A stretch of DNA of 54,880 nt, the filler included, from Basidiobolus ranarum (taxonomy: Eukaryota): assembly GCA_040143965.1 (NCBI GenBank). It is 2 parts of 2 records of this genome, joined end to end, with 100 filler letters (N's around TTAATTAATTAA, not from the genome) between each part and the next. Parts side by side here need not be neighbours in the genome. Positions count along the whole stretch, not along the records: positions 1 to 27,443 come from JASJQH010000122.1; positions 27,544 to 54,880 come from JASJQH010000123.1. One strand, 5' to 3'. The notes beneath the pieces are model-generated. The model was not told where the DNA came from. It searched no databases and worked only from the letters and a program-made list of their open reading frames with translations. The position numbers and the translations under genes were made by a program. Below, in pieces: positions 25,273 through 36,086 of this stretch. Within the stretch, counting starts at the first letter, position 1, and each line of letters begins with the position of its first letter.

Positions 25273-27443
25273 CTAATTTCTAATTCCCTTCAACCATTTA
25301 TCAGCACTTTCATAGTCGTTGAACCTAGCGATCTCCAAAGCATCCTCTGCGCGTAATGTTTTGACAGCAGCGTAGACCTAGAAAGCAAAATATTCAGAAA
25401 AGAAGACATTTGGTAGGGCACATTCAGTTATACCTGATCCCAAAATTTGAATAAATTTTCCAGCTCCAGCTTCAAATCTACACATGAACTAAATGTCTCC
25501 TTCAATGATGACAAAGTGCTTGAGACACTTTCGCCATTCGATTGAACTCTTCTCTCCAAGAATGCTTTTGTGACTATACTCAAGGCAGTATTTGTATCAT
25601 TCAAAAAGGGCAAACTGCACGGTGACGTGAAAACAAGGGATAATCAGTAAATGGTTAGATCTGATTGGGTTGAGTCGGTACACACTCTTACCTGAAAGTA
25701 ATGTCTAAGTAATCATCACGATCCTTGGTGCATCCGTTGGTCAAAAATAGATTCAAAGTGCTCATCTCAACCTGGTTTCTTAGACTTTTAGATAGATTCT
25801 TGATAAACCCATTGATGACTAAAACATCTCGATTTAGACTCCCAACCCATGGCTGGGCTTTGGCTTGGATTCTTAGCAAGCCAGCCACTCTACATATCAG
25901 TAAAATATTCCTTTTCTCTGCTTCCGTACCAACATTAGGATACCCAAAATATGTCTTGCTATAGGCTTCGCCGTGTAAAATATCCATGCGAATTAACTCC
26001 AACGCAAGATAGAGCTCTTCGGAGTGCTGGCCTCCTCCCTGCCTCAAACCATCTAAATATGCGCGGCCGTAATTACTGAGCCCACGATTTGGTTCGATAA
26101 AGCTATTTTTCCTTATGTTAGCTCATCAATCTTCTTCCAAAAGAACCGTTACCTGACATACATACCCACGCCTCTCTAGTATCTTCAGCAAAATATTCAG
26201 AACGATCTGATCTTTAGTCTCTAGAACCTGATGGCAAACCAAAGAATTATTAAAACTACAGACGAACCAGTGCCAAAAATATATGTACTCACTGAGTTAG
26301 AATTATGGGCTTTACTCCAAGCAGATAAAGAAGATAGAGCAAAGGCAAAGTCTAAGTTGACCTATAGCGGTTTATCAGTACGCATGTTCCAAGTCAGTAT
26401 TAGGCAAAGGCTTACATTTTCTTTCTTCTGCTCTTGCTGAATAATATTCGAAGGGATCAGCCATTCATTGACCTTAACGGTATCTTGGTGGTTCATGAGA
26501 TGTTCGGTATTTGGTTCGAACCATAAAATAGAGACCTATGAATTGTGTACAAACATGTAAGTAATTGCACACTAAGCAATGTTATCTGTCCATCTTACCA
26601 CTTTCCGAGAATGATAGAACTGATGTAGGGGCTCAACTAAGAGCCCAAGGCTCTGCACTCTTAACTTGAGTAGCTTTTTAAGAAACTTATGATACTCAAC
26701 GGTCTCTCCGTTACATAATGGAGGAAGTTCAATTAACACCCCTGACTGTAGATTGTTTATGACCTTTGATGCGAATATTAGTAATGTTGGAAGCAGAAAT
26801 ATCATCAGCAACGAACAAAATACCTGAGGGTTGATGAGACACTGGGTGAGATAATAATAAACTTCGTCGGGTAGACGGTAACCCATAAACTCGTGAATAT
26901 CGGTAGGTGCGTTTTCGATGTTCAGAGGCTCCACGTGACCCTTTTCATTGAGAATGGGGTGGTACTTTATTGCGCAGCGAATCCGGCAGTAATGGTCCAC
27001 ATATTTACTTTTGATGACCTACAACAGCCTTTAGTGTCTAGTGTAATACAAGCTCTTTAATGGCAATATTCTATTATATATATGCCCATACCTCGATATG
27101 ATCGGCAAACCCTTGGACGGCGTTGAAGCCTGTCTTGTATTGCTTGATCATGTCAATAACACCTTTGAATGTGAAAGACATCATATCACTTTGAAGGGGT
27201 GGGAAAGTGCTACTGTACTCGAAGCCAGCGAGAATACAGATGTCTAGAAACTGTTCATCGTTGACTTGCAAATCTTGAAGGATTGTCTTTTTGCTAACCC
27301 AGGTATAGTTTCCTTTCTATTGAACAAAAAAGGCTTAGATGACGGGCTACTGATATTTCTAATGGAGTAACTTGCCTCTAAGTCCATGCCGACAATTACT
27401 TTGTCTACATCATACATAAGCAATTCGGAACTTCCATAAATAG
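25273..27443 (-). CDS. MKT1: Mkt1 (XPG/PIN-like RNA-regulatory protein); 5'-truncated at the sequence break
   Basis: AIYGSSELLMYDVDKVI, FLDICILAG, APTDIHEFMGYRLPDEVYYYL, PPLCNGETVEY, W.G.LNRDVL, LPFLNDTNTALSIVTKAFLE, LENLFKFWDQ; multiple introns; stop at 25273-25275. Confidence 0.87.
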
Positions 27444-27543
27444 NNNNNNNNNNNNNNNNNNNNNNNNNNNNNNNNNNNNNNNNNNNNTTAATTAATTAAN
27501 NNNNNNNNNNNNNNNNNNNNNNNNNNNNNNNNNNNNNNNNNNN
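27444..27543. other. Artificial contig-joining spacer: 44 N + TTAATTAATTAA (stops in all six frames) + 44 N
   Basis: Exactly 100 nt, symmetric, with a palindromic all-frame-stop linker; ORFs on both sides are cut off. Confidence 0.95.
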
Positions 27544-27544
27544 T

Positions 27545-28330
27545 GACCAATGCTCCAATAGCGAATGGACACACATTACATGTGGTGAAGGAACTGTATG
27601 CAGCATGAGTGATAGCAAGACGCCTACATGTGTACTAAAGGATGGTGCAGGTGATAGTAGTGAGGAAACCTCTCCTAGTAGTGATATTACAGATGATGTT
27701 GAAGGTGACGATGATACCGAGGTAGAGCAATCAGGTGACATGGAGTTGGAGAAGCGCGACCTTGATGAGGAGGATCATGAGAGCGACAATGAAGGCAATA
27801 CCGTTAAGGAGGATGTCAGTAATGACGATGAAGATGATGACGACGGTGGTGCTGATAAGAATGAATGTAGTGCATCAGACCATGGCAATGGTAAGGAAAA
27901 TGCTAAACATCAGCACACTGCCTTAGAGAAATGTGAGCAAGAAGGCGTTTGTGGTGACGATGGGGATGATAATGAAGGTGACCATAGGGCTAATGATAGC
28001 GAGAACGATGGAGATGACGAAGAGAGCGATGATGAAGATAATGACGAAGAAGGTAGTGACGACGATGAAACTGAAAGTCAAGAGGAGTACGGCATGTCAA
28101 GTGGCTCAGACAATGCAGAGAGTGCTAGTGGCTAACATAATGAAGTGATAAAGCGTGACGAAAATAGTGGTGATGATGAAGGTGATAATGGTGATAAAGA
28201 TGTTAATGAGAAAGATAATGAAGATGATGGTGAGGGTGACAATGAAAATGAGGGTGACACTGATGATGAGAAGGAAAATGGTAATGTCCAAGAGTACAAC
28301 CTAATCAATAACCATGCTGATCATGGATAG
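27545..28330 (+). CDS. Asp/Glu-rich low-complexity ORF, open to the contig edge; in-frame TAA at 28133-28135 followed by a similar acidic continuation
   Basis: Frame is open from 27545 to 28135; the same frame continues D/E/N/G-rich to 28330. Confidence 0.5.
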
Positions 28331-28714
28331 TATTTACAACAGCAGAACGACAAGAATGAAGAAAATCTCTTGTTTTATTTTTAGCCAATATCATAGTGTT
28401 AGTGACTTTGGTAAACTTTTAGTGAAGTTTACAAGTCAAACCTATCGTGATTTGCAATCTGTTTTTTATTAACATGCATTGGAAACATTTCTAAATGTTA
28501 CCAAATAACTAGACTGATAATATTTATGTGTATATCCACAGCTATCTCATAGCTTTTAGACTGCTATATTGAGCCTTATTATCTGTTGATTTACAGCTCA
28601 CCCAATCAATCAGTCTCCCATAGTGTCTGTTTAGTATAGGTTGAAAATCTTGGTAAACTCTTTTCACATATTTCATTACAATTGCCACTGACATATCCAG
28701 AGATTTTAGTTTAA

Positions 28715-30097
28715 TTCATCAAATTCTTATGTACCTTAACTGAGATAAAGATCCCTAATTTGATTGATTTGAAGCGCAGCGGAATTCGGCCAGATGCACA
28801 AATCTTAGAAATAATCCAAATCCTGAAACAACCTCAAGTTATTGATATGGATGATTCCTATGATTTTTGTCAGTATCTTCAAGGCTCTACTACTGATCAC
28901 CTTCGAGTTTTTCGTGGCCCACTCATCAAATATAATGAAGAAATACAAGGCTGGGATTCGATATCTTTCCTTCAGCGATGTCCCAAATTGGAAAAAGTTC
29001 GGTTTAATCCGACTCAACCAAATACTTTCAAATGGGCAGTGAAGAGGCGTGATTTACTTACAGCATCTGATCTAGAATTAGGCCGTAGCTCAACTTCCAA
29101 ATTGGTTCCTCTTCAAGATGTCCACATGCAGTGTCAGTATTGTACTTCTCTTTCCATTGTACAGGATATCGTCTATGCTTTCAGGAATACAATTAAGAGT
29201 ATCACTGTGGAGGAACATTTACACCCTAGATTCCATTTTAACCCTGAACCTCTCCGTTGGGATTGGTTGCTACCCAACCTTGTAAAGATCCATATTGATG
29301 AAACAGATTTCACGTTATTTGATTTTGGATCACTCAATCTGTGCCCGTCTCTGGAAGATCTCCACCTAACTGGCGGGTATGGAGACATCGATTGTGACGT
29401 TATACCAGAATTTGGACCCATACTTAAGCTGCCAAATCTTCGGAATATCCAACTAGAATATGAAATATCTTTTCAATTCGATCTCGCTTCTCTCCAATAC
29501 TCGCCATTACTGGAAACACTCATAATTTCCAATGATGTCCCACTTAGTGAGGATGACGAATCTCCTATGATACGACCAACAGATTCACCTTGTTGGGAGT
29601 GGACCTGGGACTGGTATTTACCACATTTAAAGAGAATGGACCTAACTGGGGAATCAGCTTTTCTCTTTCAATTCCGTTTTATATCTTCGTGCCCTTCATT
29701 ACAATATCTCAGGCTTGATACTGATGAGTATGAGCGATCAATGTCATTAGATCAGATAGCTCGAACTGGGGTACTTTTACCATCTGCATACAAGAATCAA
29801 GTCAATGAAGTCAAGCATAGGTTCGAGTTTGCTCTTCAAGGAAGGTGGGAAATGTCCAAATATACATTGCATGTTCTCTTACTACAATACATGCCTCATG
29901 TTACAGATATCGACTTTTCTTGCGCTAATAGAATAGATCCTCTGGGTGTCATAGATGTAACCCAAAAACTATCACATGTTCGAAATGTAACGTTTAACTT
30001 GGCTTGCCATGATCCTGATATTGAAGATACTTTGAAATACTTGAGCGAACATGGCAGAGGTACATTTGGTTCCGTGAATTACACAATGCTACAGTAA
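28715..30097 (+). CDS. F-box/LRR family copy 1: lacks the N-terminal F-box half, 3' ORF intact (first ATG at 28847)
   Basis: Homology to the paralogs starts near TLTEIKIP; no stop codon for ~460 codons; upstream DNA has no recognisable F-box segment. Confidence 0.65.
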   Translation, partial: FIKFLCTLTEIKIPNLIDLKRSGIRPDAQILEIIQILKQPQVIDMDDSYDFCQYLQGSTTDHLRVFRGPLIKYNEEIQGWDSISFLQRCPKLEKVRFNPTQPNTFKWAVKRRDLLTASDLELGRSSTSKLVPLQDVHMQCQYCTSLSIVQDIVYAFRNTIKSITVEEHLHPRFHFNPEPLRWDWLLPNLVKIHIDETDFTLFDFGSLNLCPSLEDLHLTGGYGDIDCDVIPEFGPILKLPNLRNIQLEYEISFQFDLASLQYSPLLETLIISNDVPLSEDDESPMIRPTDSPCWEWTWDWYLPHLKRMDLTGESAFLFQFRFISSCPSLQYLRLDTDEYERSMSLDQIARTGVLLPSAYKNQVNEVKHRFEFALQGRWEMSKYTLHVLLLQYMPHVTDIDFSCANRIDPLGVIDVTQKLSHVRNVTFNLACHDPDIEDTLKYLSEHGRGTFGSVNYTMLQ

Positions 30098-30548
30098 TCT
30101 GCATCACATCTAAGATACACCATATGAGATCGGATAACCGTCAACTTCCTGTAGCTTCTTCGTAAAAGTTTATACTGAATTTTAATTATTTGACCGTTAT
30201 AACTTCGCAAAAAGCAGAAATAGGTTGAAGTTCCATGTTATATTTCTAACCAGTATTGTTACAAATTAACCTGAAAGTATTATTAAATCCATTTATATGA
30301 AAATGCTCTTCTATTTATTTAAATATGGACTTTTTGGTGGCATCTTAACAACGGGTTTAGTGATTATTTGTCCTAGTGACCCCAGTAACTCTAAGGTCAC
30401 TGGAATTGAATTAGCCAAAGATTTTAGGCGTCGTGACTGCTTTTAGTGTAGTGTTTAGGCATTACTGCGGCATTGTTTTCATAATAACAATTTAATTCTG
30501 CTCAGTGGTATCACGCCTCTCTTCACTCACATTACTTCAGCATCAAAC

Positions 30549-32540
30549 ATGTCGCTACCTCAATTATCGACCGAGATACTTGCACTTATCGTTTTACACT
30601 TAACAAACGATAGGCAGACACTACATTCCCTACTCACAGTCAACAAGGTTTTCTTCAAGGTCAGTGCACCTATTCTGTATAAGAATCCTTTCCGTCCCTG
30701 GTTTTGGCCTAATATTGTGATTAAAGGAACCTACGAGATTCTATATCTTTTTCTCGCTTCTTCAAACCTTCTACCTGAGCTGGAAGAAATCTTGGACTGG
30801 GGCTTAGTAGAATGGAGCCCTCCAACTGCTCCTTTCACAGTAAACTATTTAGATTACTACACTGAGATAGACTACTTTCAGTGGAGATATGCTTTCAATA
30901 GGGCTTTTTATTATCCTGGAAGATACTCTAGAGATGTCTTTGGGTTTGGTGATATCATCCATATCTTATTTTGCAAGCATAATGCGGAGAAGATCAAGAC
31001 ACTTTATATTCCAATATTGAAGGTCGCACCCTACTTTCCGATAGTTACAAGATTGTCTTCTCTGCGAAGAATCAAATTTCGTAGGGTTCATAAAGATAGC
31101 AGTAACAAAAATATTATGACAATACAAGAAGCGATCCAGTTTGTTAAGACTCATGTTGAGACCTATGGTGATGCCTTAACTGAGATTAGCATTCCTAATA
31201 TGAGAGACTGGCACTATGCAGGAGTTCAGTCGGACGTAAAAATTGAAGATGTAGTTAATATCTTAAAACGGCCACAAGTAATTGAAGTGAGTGACTCTTA
31301 TCATTTTTGCGAGCATCTTCAACCTCATAGTACAGAGCATCTTCGAGTCTTTAAAGGACCGTTCATTAGTGACCAAAGAAGAATAGATGATTGGGACTCA
31401 GCATCTTTCTTTAAGCGTTGTCCTAAATTGGAAAAAATTCGCTTCACTTCGTTTCGATCCAATAGTTTTAAATGGGCAGTAGAGAGGCGCACCTTGCTTA
31501 CAGCCTCTGGATCAGAATCAATCATTTCGGTAGATAGCAAGCTACCACCCCTTCAAGATTTAGAAATGTTGTGTAGGGGATTAGATGCTCTACCCATTGT
31601 CCAGGATATTATCTATGCTTTCAGAAATACAATTAGAAGAATCACTGTGAAAGATGATAAACCTTTTGGACAATATCCTAAGCCTCTCTGTTGGGATTGG
31701 TTGCTACCCAACCTGGTAAAACTACATATCGATGGAGCAGATTTTACATTGTTTTTCCTGGGATCACTGAACGTATGCCCGTCTTTGGAAGAACTCTGTC
31801 TAATTAGCAAGAATGACTTTCATGATCGCCGTATTATAACTAAATTTGGCCCAATACTTAAGCTACCAAAACTTCGAAAAATTCGATTAATGCATATGAT
31901 ATCTTACGAATTCAACTTTGGCTCTCTCCTATACTCACCTTTACTGGAATCACTCACACTTTTTGAAACACGCTCCTCTCTTCCGTTACGACCAACTTAT
32001 TGGACATGTACATGGACCTGGGACTGGTATATGCCACGCTTAAAGGTGGTGAATCTAACTGGAGAATCGGCCTTTCTATTTCAATTCGGCCTATTAGACT
32101 CATGCCCACCACTAGAGTGTCTCATACTGAACACTAGGAGTCACCGTAGATCGTTATCCATGGATGATATACCTCGAATAAATTTGCCTTTACCTATACG
32201 GTCTGGGCCTGTGAGGCGAGCACGACAAACAGATGGATTCAGAAATAAAGTAACATTTGGGCTCCGTGGAAAGTGGAAACTCTCAAGGAAGATGTTATCT
32301 ACTCTCATCCAACGATACATGCTACATGTCACTCACTTTGATCTAACTGACATTGAAGGATTAACCGCTCTGGATATCATAATTGCAACCCAAAATTTGC
32401 CTCATGTTGTAGATGTTAGGTCGACAGCATGTTTGACCAACGATGACATTTTACAAACTGGTATGGATGTACGAAACGTTCCCTATTATGGCGTTGGTGA
32501 GATCGGCTCTGTGAAATACAGAATGGTGTGGCCTCATTGA
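30549..32540 (+). CDS. F-box-like + LRR/RNI-like protein, copy 2 (663 aa, single-exon CDS)
   Basis: LSTEILALIVLHL..DRQTLHSLLTVNKVFF.VSAPILYKNPF (F-box-like); repeated CPxLxxLxL / LPxLxxLxL; WTWDW motif. Confidence 0.88.
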   Translation: MSLPQLSTEILALIVLHLTNDRQTLHSLLTVNKVFFKVSAPILYKNPFRPWFWPNIVIKGTYEILYLFLASSNLLPELEEILDWGLVEWSPPTAPFTVNYLDYYTEIDYFQWRYAFNRAFYYPGRYSRDVFGFGDIIHILFCKHNAEKIKTLYIPILKVAPYFPIVTRLSSLRRIKFRRVHKDSSNKNIMTIQEAIQFVKTHVETYGDALTEISIPNMRDWHYAGVQSDVKIEDVVNILKRPQVIEVSDSYHFCEHLQPHSTEHLRVFKGPFISDQRRIDDWDSASFFKRCPKLEKIRFTSFRSNSFKWAVERRTLLTASGSESIISVDSKLPPLQDLEMLCRGLDALPIVQDIIYAFRNTIRRITVKDDKPFGQYPKPLCWDWLLPNLVKLHIDGADFTLFFLGSLNVCPSLEELCLISKNDFHDRRIITKFGPILKLPKLRKIRLMHMISYEFNFGSLLYSPLLESLTLFETRSSLPLRPTYWTCTWTWDWYMPRLKVVNLTGESAFLFQFGLLDSCPPLECLILNTRSHRRSLSMDDIPRINLPLPIRSGPVRRARQTDGFRNKVTFGLRGKWKLSRKMLSTLIQRYMLHVTHFDLTDIEGLTALDIIIATQNLPHVVDVRSTACLTNDDILQTGMDVRNVPYYGVGEIGSVKYRMVWPH

Positions 32541-33056
32541 ATTACAATGTAATAAGTATTCAAGTGGTAATTCAACGCTTCTGAAGAGGTATCTTATGAC
32601 ATTGTAACACCATAGAATCAAAGTAGGCAGCATATATATGTCAAATACATGGTATACAAATATGCTTTGTAAGATTGGAATAAAACTACTGAGTTAAATG
32701 GACTACAAATTCACAATAAACTTGAATGCCAACTAAATTTCAGTTATGGAAGCTTCTGAATTTTAATGATATTCACATGATTAAAAAATCTGCCTGAACT
32801 TACATTTTAAGCCATTTTAATAATAGATTTGGTGATCTGAATTACTTCGCCCTGACAGACCCAATGAGCTATCAAGCCAATCATATTTCGAAATTTCCAT
32901 CAATATTCTTGTAATGTGACTGTTTTTATTGTAGAGTTACGGTACTGCGTCATTACTTCAATACTCAGCATATCCAAGGAATAATCAAAACTCTCTTCTG
33001 ACTCAGTCATCCTCACCGTATTTCACTCTCATTCAGCATTAGGATTTACTCTAAAC

Positions 33057-35057
33057 ATGACACTGCCTCAATTATCAACTGAGATACTTACACTTATAGT
33101 TTCACACTTTACACTTGATAAGCACACTCTTCATTCCCTACTCACAGTCAACAAATTGTTCTTCAAGGTCAGTGCACCTATCCTATACAAGAATCCTTTC
33201 CGTCCCTCCCTTTGGCCTAACGAAACCGTAGTCCGAGCGCGAGAGATTCTATACCTTCTCTTCGCCTCAGCGAACCTTTTACCTGAGTTGACAGAAATCA
33301 CAACAGAAATATTGGACTGGGGTTTAACAGAGTGGGAGCCTCCAACCGCCCCATTTACAACAAACTATCTAGATTACTATACTGATATTGACTACTTTCA
33401 GTGGGAAAATGCTTATGACAGTACTTTCTTTTACATTTTACAGCATTCTAGTGATGACTTTGGGTTTGGTCATATTATCCATTTCTTATTTTGCAAATAT
33501 AATGCGGAGAAGATTAAGACTATTTACATACCAATATTGGATGTTAAACCTTACTTACCAATAGTTAAGAGATTATCTTCCCTGCGAAGAATCGAATTTC
33601 GTAGGGTTCACACTGATGAATGCGCTTGCGCCAGAGAGCAAGGTATCGTGACGTTACGTGATGCTATTGAGTTTGTCAAAACTCATGTTGAAACCTATAG
33701 CGATACCTTGGCTGAGTTAAAATTTCCGGATTTGACTGACATGAAAAGTGAAGGAGTCCCGTCGGACGTAAAAATTGAAGACATAGTCCATATCTTAAAA
33801 CGGCCTCAAGTAATTGAAGTGGATGACTCTTATCGTTTTTGCCGGTATCTTCAACCTTATAGTACGGAACATCTTCAAGTCTTTAGTGGACCGTTCATTT
33901 GCTATGATGGAAGAATACAGAATTGGGACTCGGCGTCGTTCTTTAAGCGTTGTCCAAAATTGGAAAAAATCCGCTTTAGCTCGTTTCGATCCGATAGTTT
34001 TAAATGGGCAGTAGAGAGGCGTGCCTCACTTACAGCTTCTAGGCCAGAATCAATCAGTTCGGTAGATAACGAACTGCCACCCCTTCAAGATGTAGAGATG
34101 TTGTGTATGAAGTTAGCTATTCTTCTCATTGTTCAGGATATCATCGATGCTTTCAGAAATACAATTAGAAGCATCACTGTGAAAGATGGTAAGCCCATTG
34201 AACACGATCCTGAGCCTCTCGGTTGGGATTGGCTGCTTCCCAACCTTGTAAAGATTGACATTACTGAGGCGGATTTTTCATTATTTGACTATGAATCACT
34301 TAACTTGTGTCCGTCTTTGAAAGAACTATCCTTAATTGGCAAGTATGAGTATCGTCGTAGGAGTACTGTGACTAGATTTGGCCCAATACTTAAGCTACCA
34401 AAACTTCGAAAAATTCATCTAGAGTTTGGGATATCTTACAAATTCAACTTTAACTCTCTACAATACTCACCTTTGCTGGAATCACTCACGCTTTGCGAGG
34501 TGGGCTCATCTCTTCCGATACGATCAGCAGACTCACCTTGCTGGACCTGGAATTGGAATATGCCATGCTTAAAGAAGATCGATCTAACTGGAGAGTCGGC
34601 TTTTCTATTTCAATTCGGCTTATTAGATTCATGTCCACCACTCGAGTGTCTCAAACTGAACACCGGGGAATACCATCGATCATTATCCATGGATGAGATA
34701 CCTCGAATAGATTCACCTTTACTTTCTGAATCTGTTAGTCTAGTAGGACCAAGAAATGTATTCAGTGGTAAATCAACATTTGAGCTCTGTGGAGAGTGGG
34801 AACTTTCCGAAAAGGCGCTAACAGCTCTTTTACAACGATACATGTTACATGTCACTCATATTGATCTTGGTGATACTGAAGGATTAACCGCTCTGGAAGT
34901 CATAAATGCAACTAAAAATTTGCCTCATGTTATAGATGTCAGCTCTACATTATGTTTGACGGATGATGATATCGAACAAACCGGAATGGATATGACTGAC
35001 TTTTTCCAATATGGCATTGGTACGATCGGCTCCGTGGATTACAGAATGGACTGGTAA
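33057..35057 (+). CDS. F-box-like + LRR/RNI-like protein, copy 3 (666 aa); closest to copy 2
   Basis: Same architecture; shares DYFQW, DVKIED and WDSASFFKRCPK with copy 2. Confidence 0.88.
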   Translation: MTLPQLSTEILTLIVSHFTLDKHTLHSLLTVNKLFFKVSAPILYKNPFRPSLWPNETVVRAREILYLLFASANLLPELTEITTEILDWGLTEWEPPTAPFTTNYLDYYTDIDYFQWENAYDSTFFYILQHSSDDFGFGHIIHFLFCKYNAEKIKTIYIPILDVKPYLPIVKRLSSLRRIEFRRVHTDECACAREQGIVTLRDAIEFVKTHVETYSDTLAELKFPDLTDMKSEGVPSDVKIEDIVHILKRPQVIEVDDSYRFCRYLQPYSTEHLQVFSGPFICYDGRIQNWDSASFFKRCPKLEKIRFSSFRSDSFKWAVERRASLTASRPESISSVDNELPPLQDVEMLCMKLAILLIVQDIIDAFRNTIRSITVKDGKPIEHDPEPLGWDWLLPNLVKIDITEADFSLFDYESLNLCPSLKELSLIGKYEYRRRSTVTRFGPILKLPKLRKIHLEFGISYKFNFNSLQYSPLLESLTLCEVGSSLPIRSADSPCWTWNWNMPCLKKIDLTGESAFLFQFGLLDSCPPLECLKLNTGEYHRSLSMDEIPRIDSPLLSESVSLVGPRNVFSGKSTFELCGEWELSEKALTALLQRYMLHVTHIDLGDTEGLTALEVINATKNLPHVIDVSSTLCLTDDDIEQTGMDMTDFFQYGIGTIGSVDYRMDW

Positions 35058-36086
35058 TTCTCAGCTTGATTTATGAGTTGACTGTAATGCTTTTCAAAGA
35101 CTCTAGAGTGATATGGCCTATGGTATGATTGGCTGCGTAGGTTAGAGAAAGGGATGCTGGTCGCTTTGGCTGAATGGCGGACGCTAGTAGAGATATTAAG
35201 ACAGAGTTAAGAGTGAGCTTTGGTTATGTCAAGCTTTATTTATCACAAAGAACTAAAATTTGAACTGGTCGTATTACCATCACTGATTACGAAATGTGTC
35301 GGCTTCAAAACTCATTAATTTGGAGATTCAGGCATTCATGTAAATACAGCTCAAAGAAACATACCTGGTGAATGTTTATGGAGTATCTCAATGACAGGAG
35401 TATCAAGACTATTTTGACCATAATGAATTCAGTAGTACATCAACATTTTGACTGTGGAAGAAGTGTACACTCTCCAGGAAGACTTTCACTTTAAATAAAT
35501 GCAATGTATTAACTTGATGTTACCGTAGGCGATAAATTACTGAAGAGAGGCCTGGTTGGTCCTGTGTGAATAACAAAAACAGCCTGGTCTGTTAAAATGC
35601 CTTGGCTTTATATTATAACTATCACATAGTGTGCTAAAGTAATCACCCATCAGCTAACCCTTGGGTTGTTGTCGACAAGTAATTGAACATTTTAATAATA
35701 ACTTTGGTATAAACAAGAGTGGTGAGTGCATATCACGCTTCGATGCTCCTTGTAATTTTTGACAATGACATTAACAGAAAAGGTAGTCAAGGACTAACCG
35801 TACTAATGCCAAAAAAGTGTCTTAGTGGGCTAGAACATGTCAATGTGTATTTATGCGAATTACTACTCATTGTAAGTATCAACCTAATTCTAACCTATGA
35901 TTTTTCTGTTGGTCACCTGAAACCCATTATTCGCCATCATCACTTGGGATGTATCTTGAGTATAGAACTGCAACGTTGTGTGGAGTTCCAGCATATAATC
36001 ATAATAGTCATCTTTCCCATATTAATTTACATCAGCATCATCACATACGGCTCTTCATTCTATCACAACTGAAATTTACCTTGAAA

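Noticed and set aside
27488-27499. TTAATTAATTAA as a biological palindrome or piggyBac TTAA target
   Set aside because: It is centred in symmetric N runs and is a synthetic all-frame-stop linker.
25273-30097. MKT1 (dsRNA-virus-related host factor) clustered with the F-box/LRR array as an antiviral locus
   Set aside because: They are separated by the artificial contig spacer, so linkage is not supported.
35949-36086. His-rich N-terminal extension of copy 4 (and similar extensions for copies 6, 7, 8 in the ORF track)
   Set aside because: Paralog alignment places the start at the downstream ATG after a conserved leader; the extensions are likely UTR or intron sequence.
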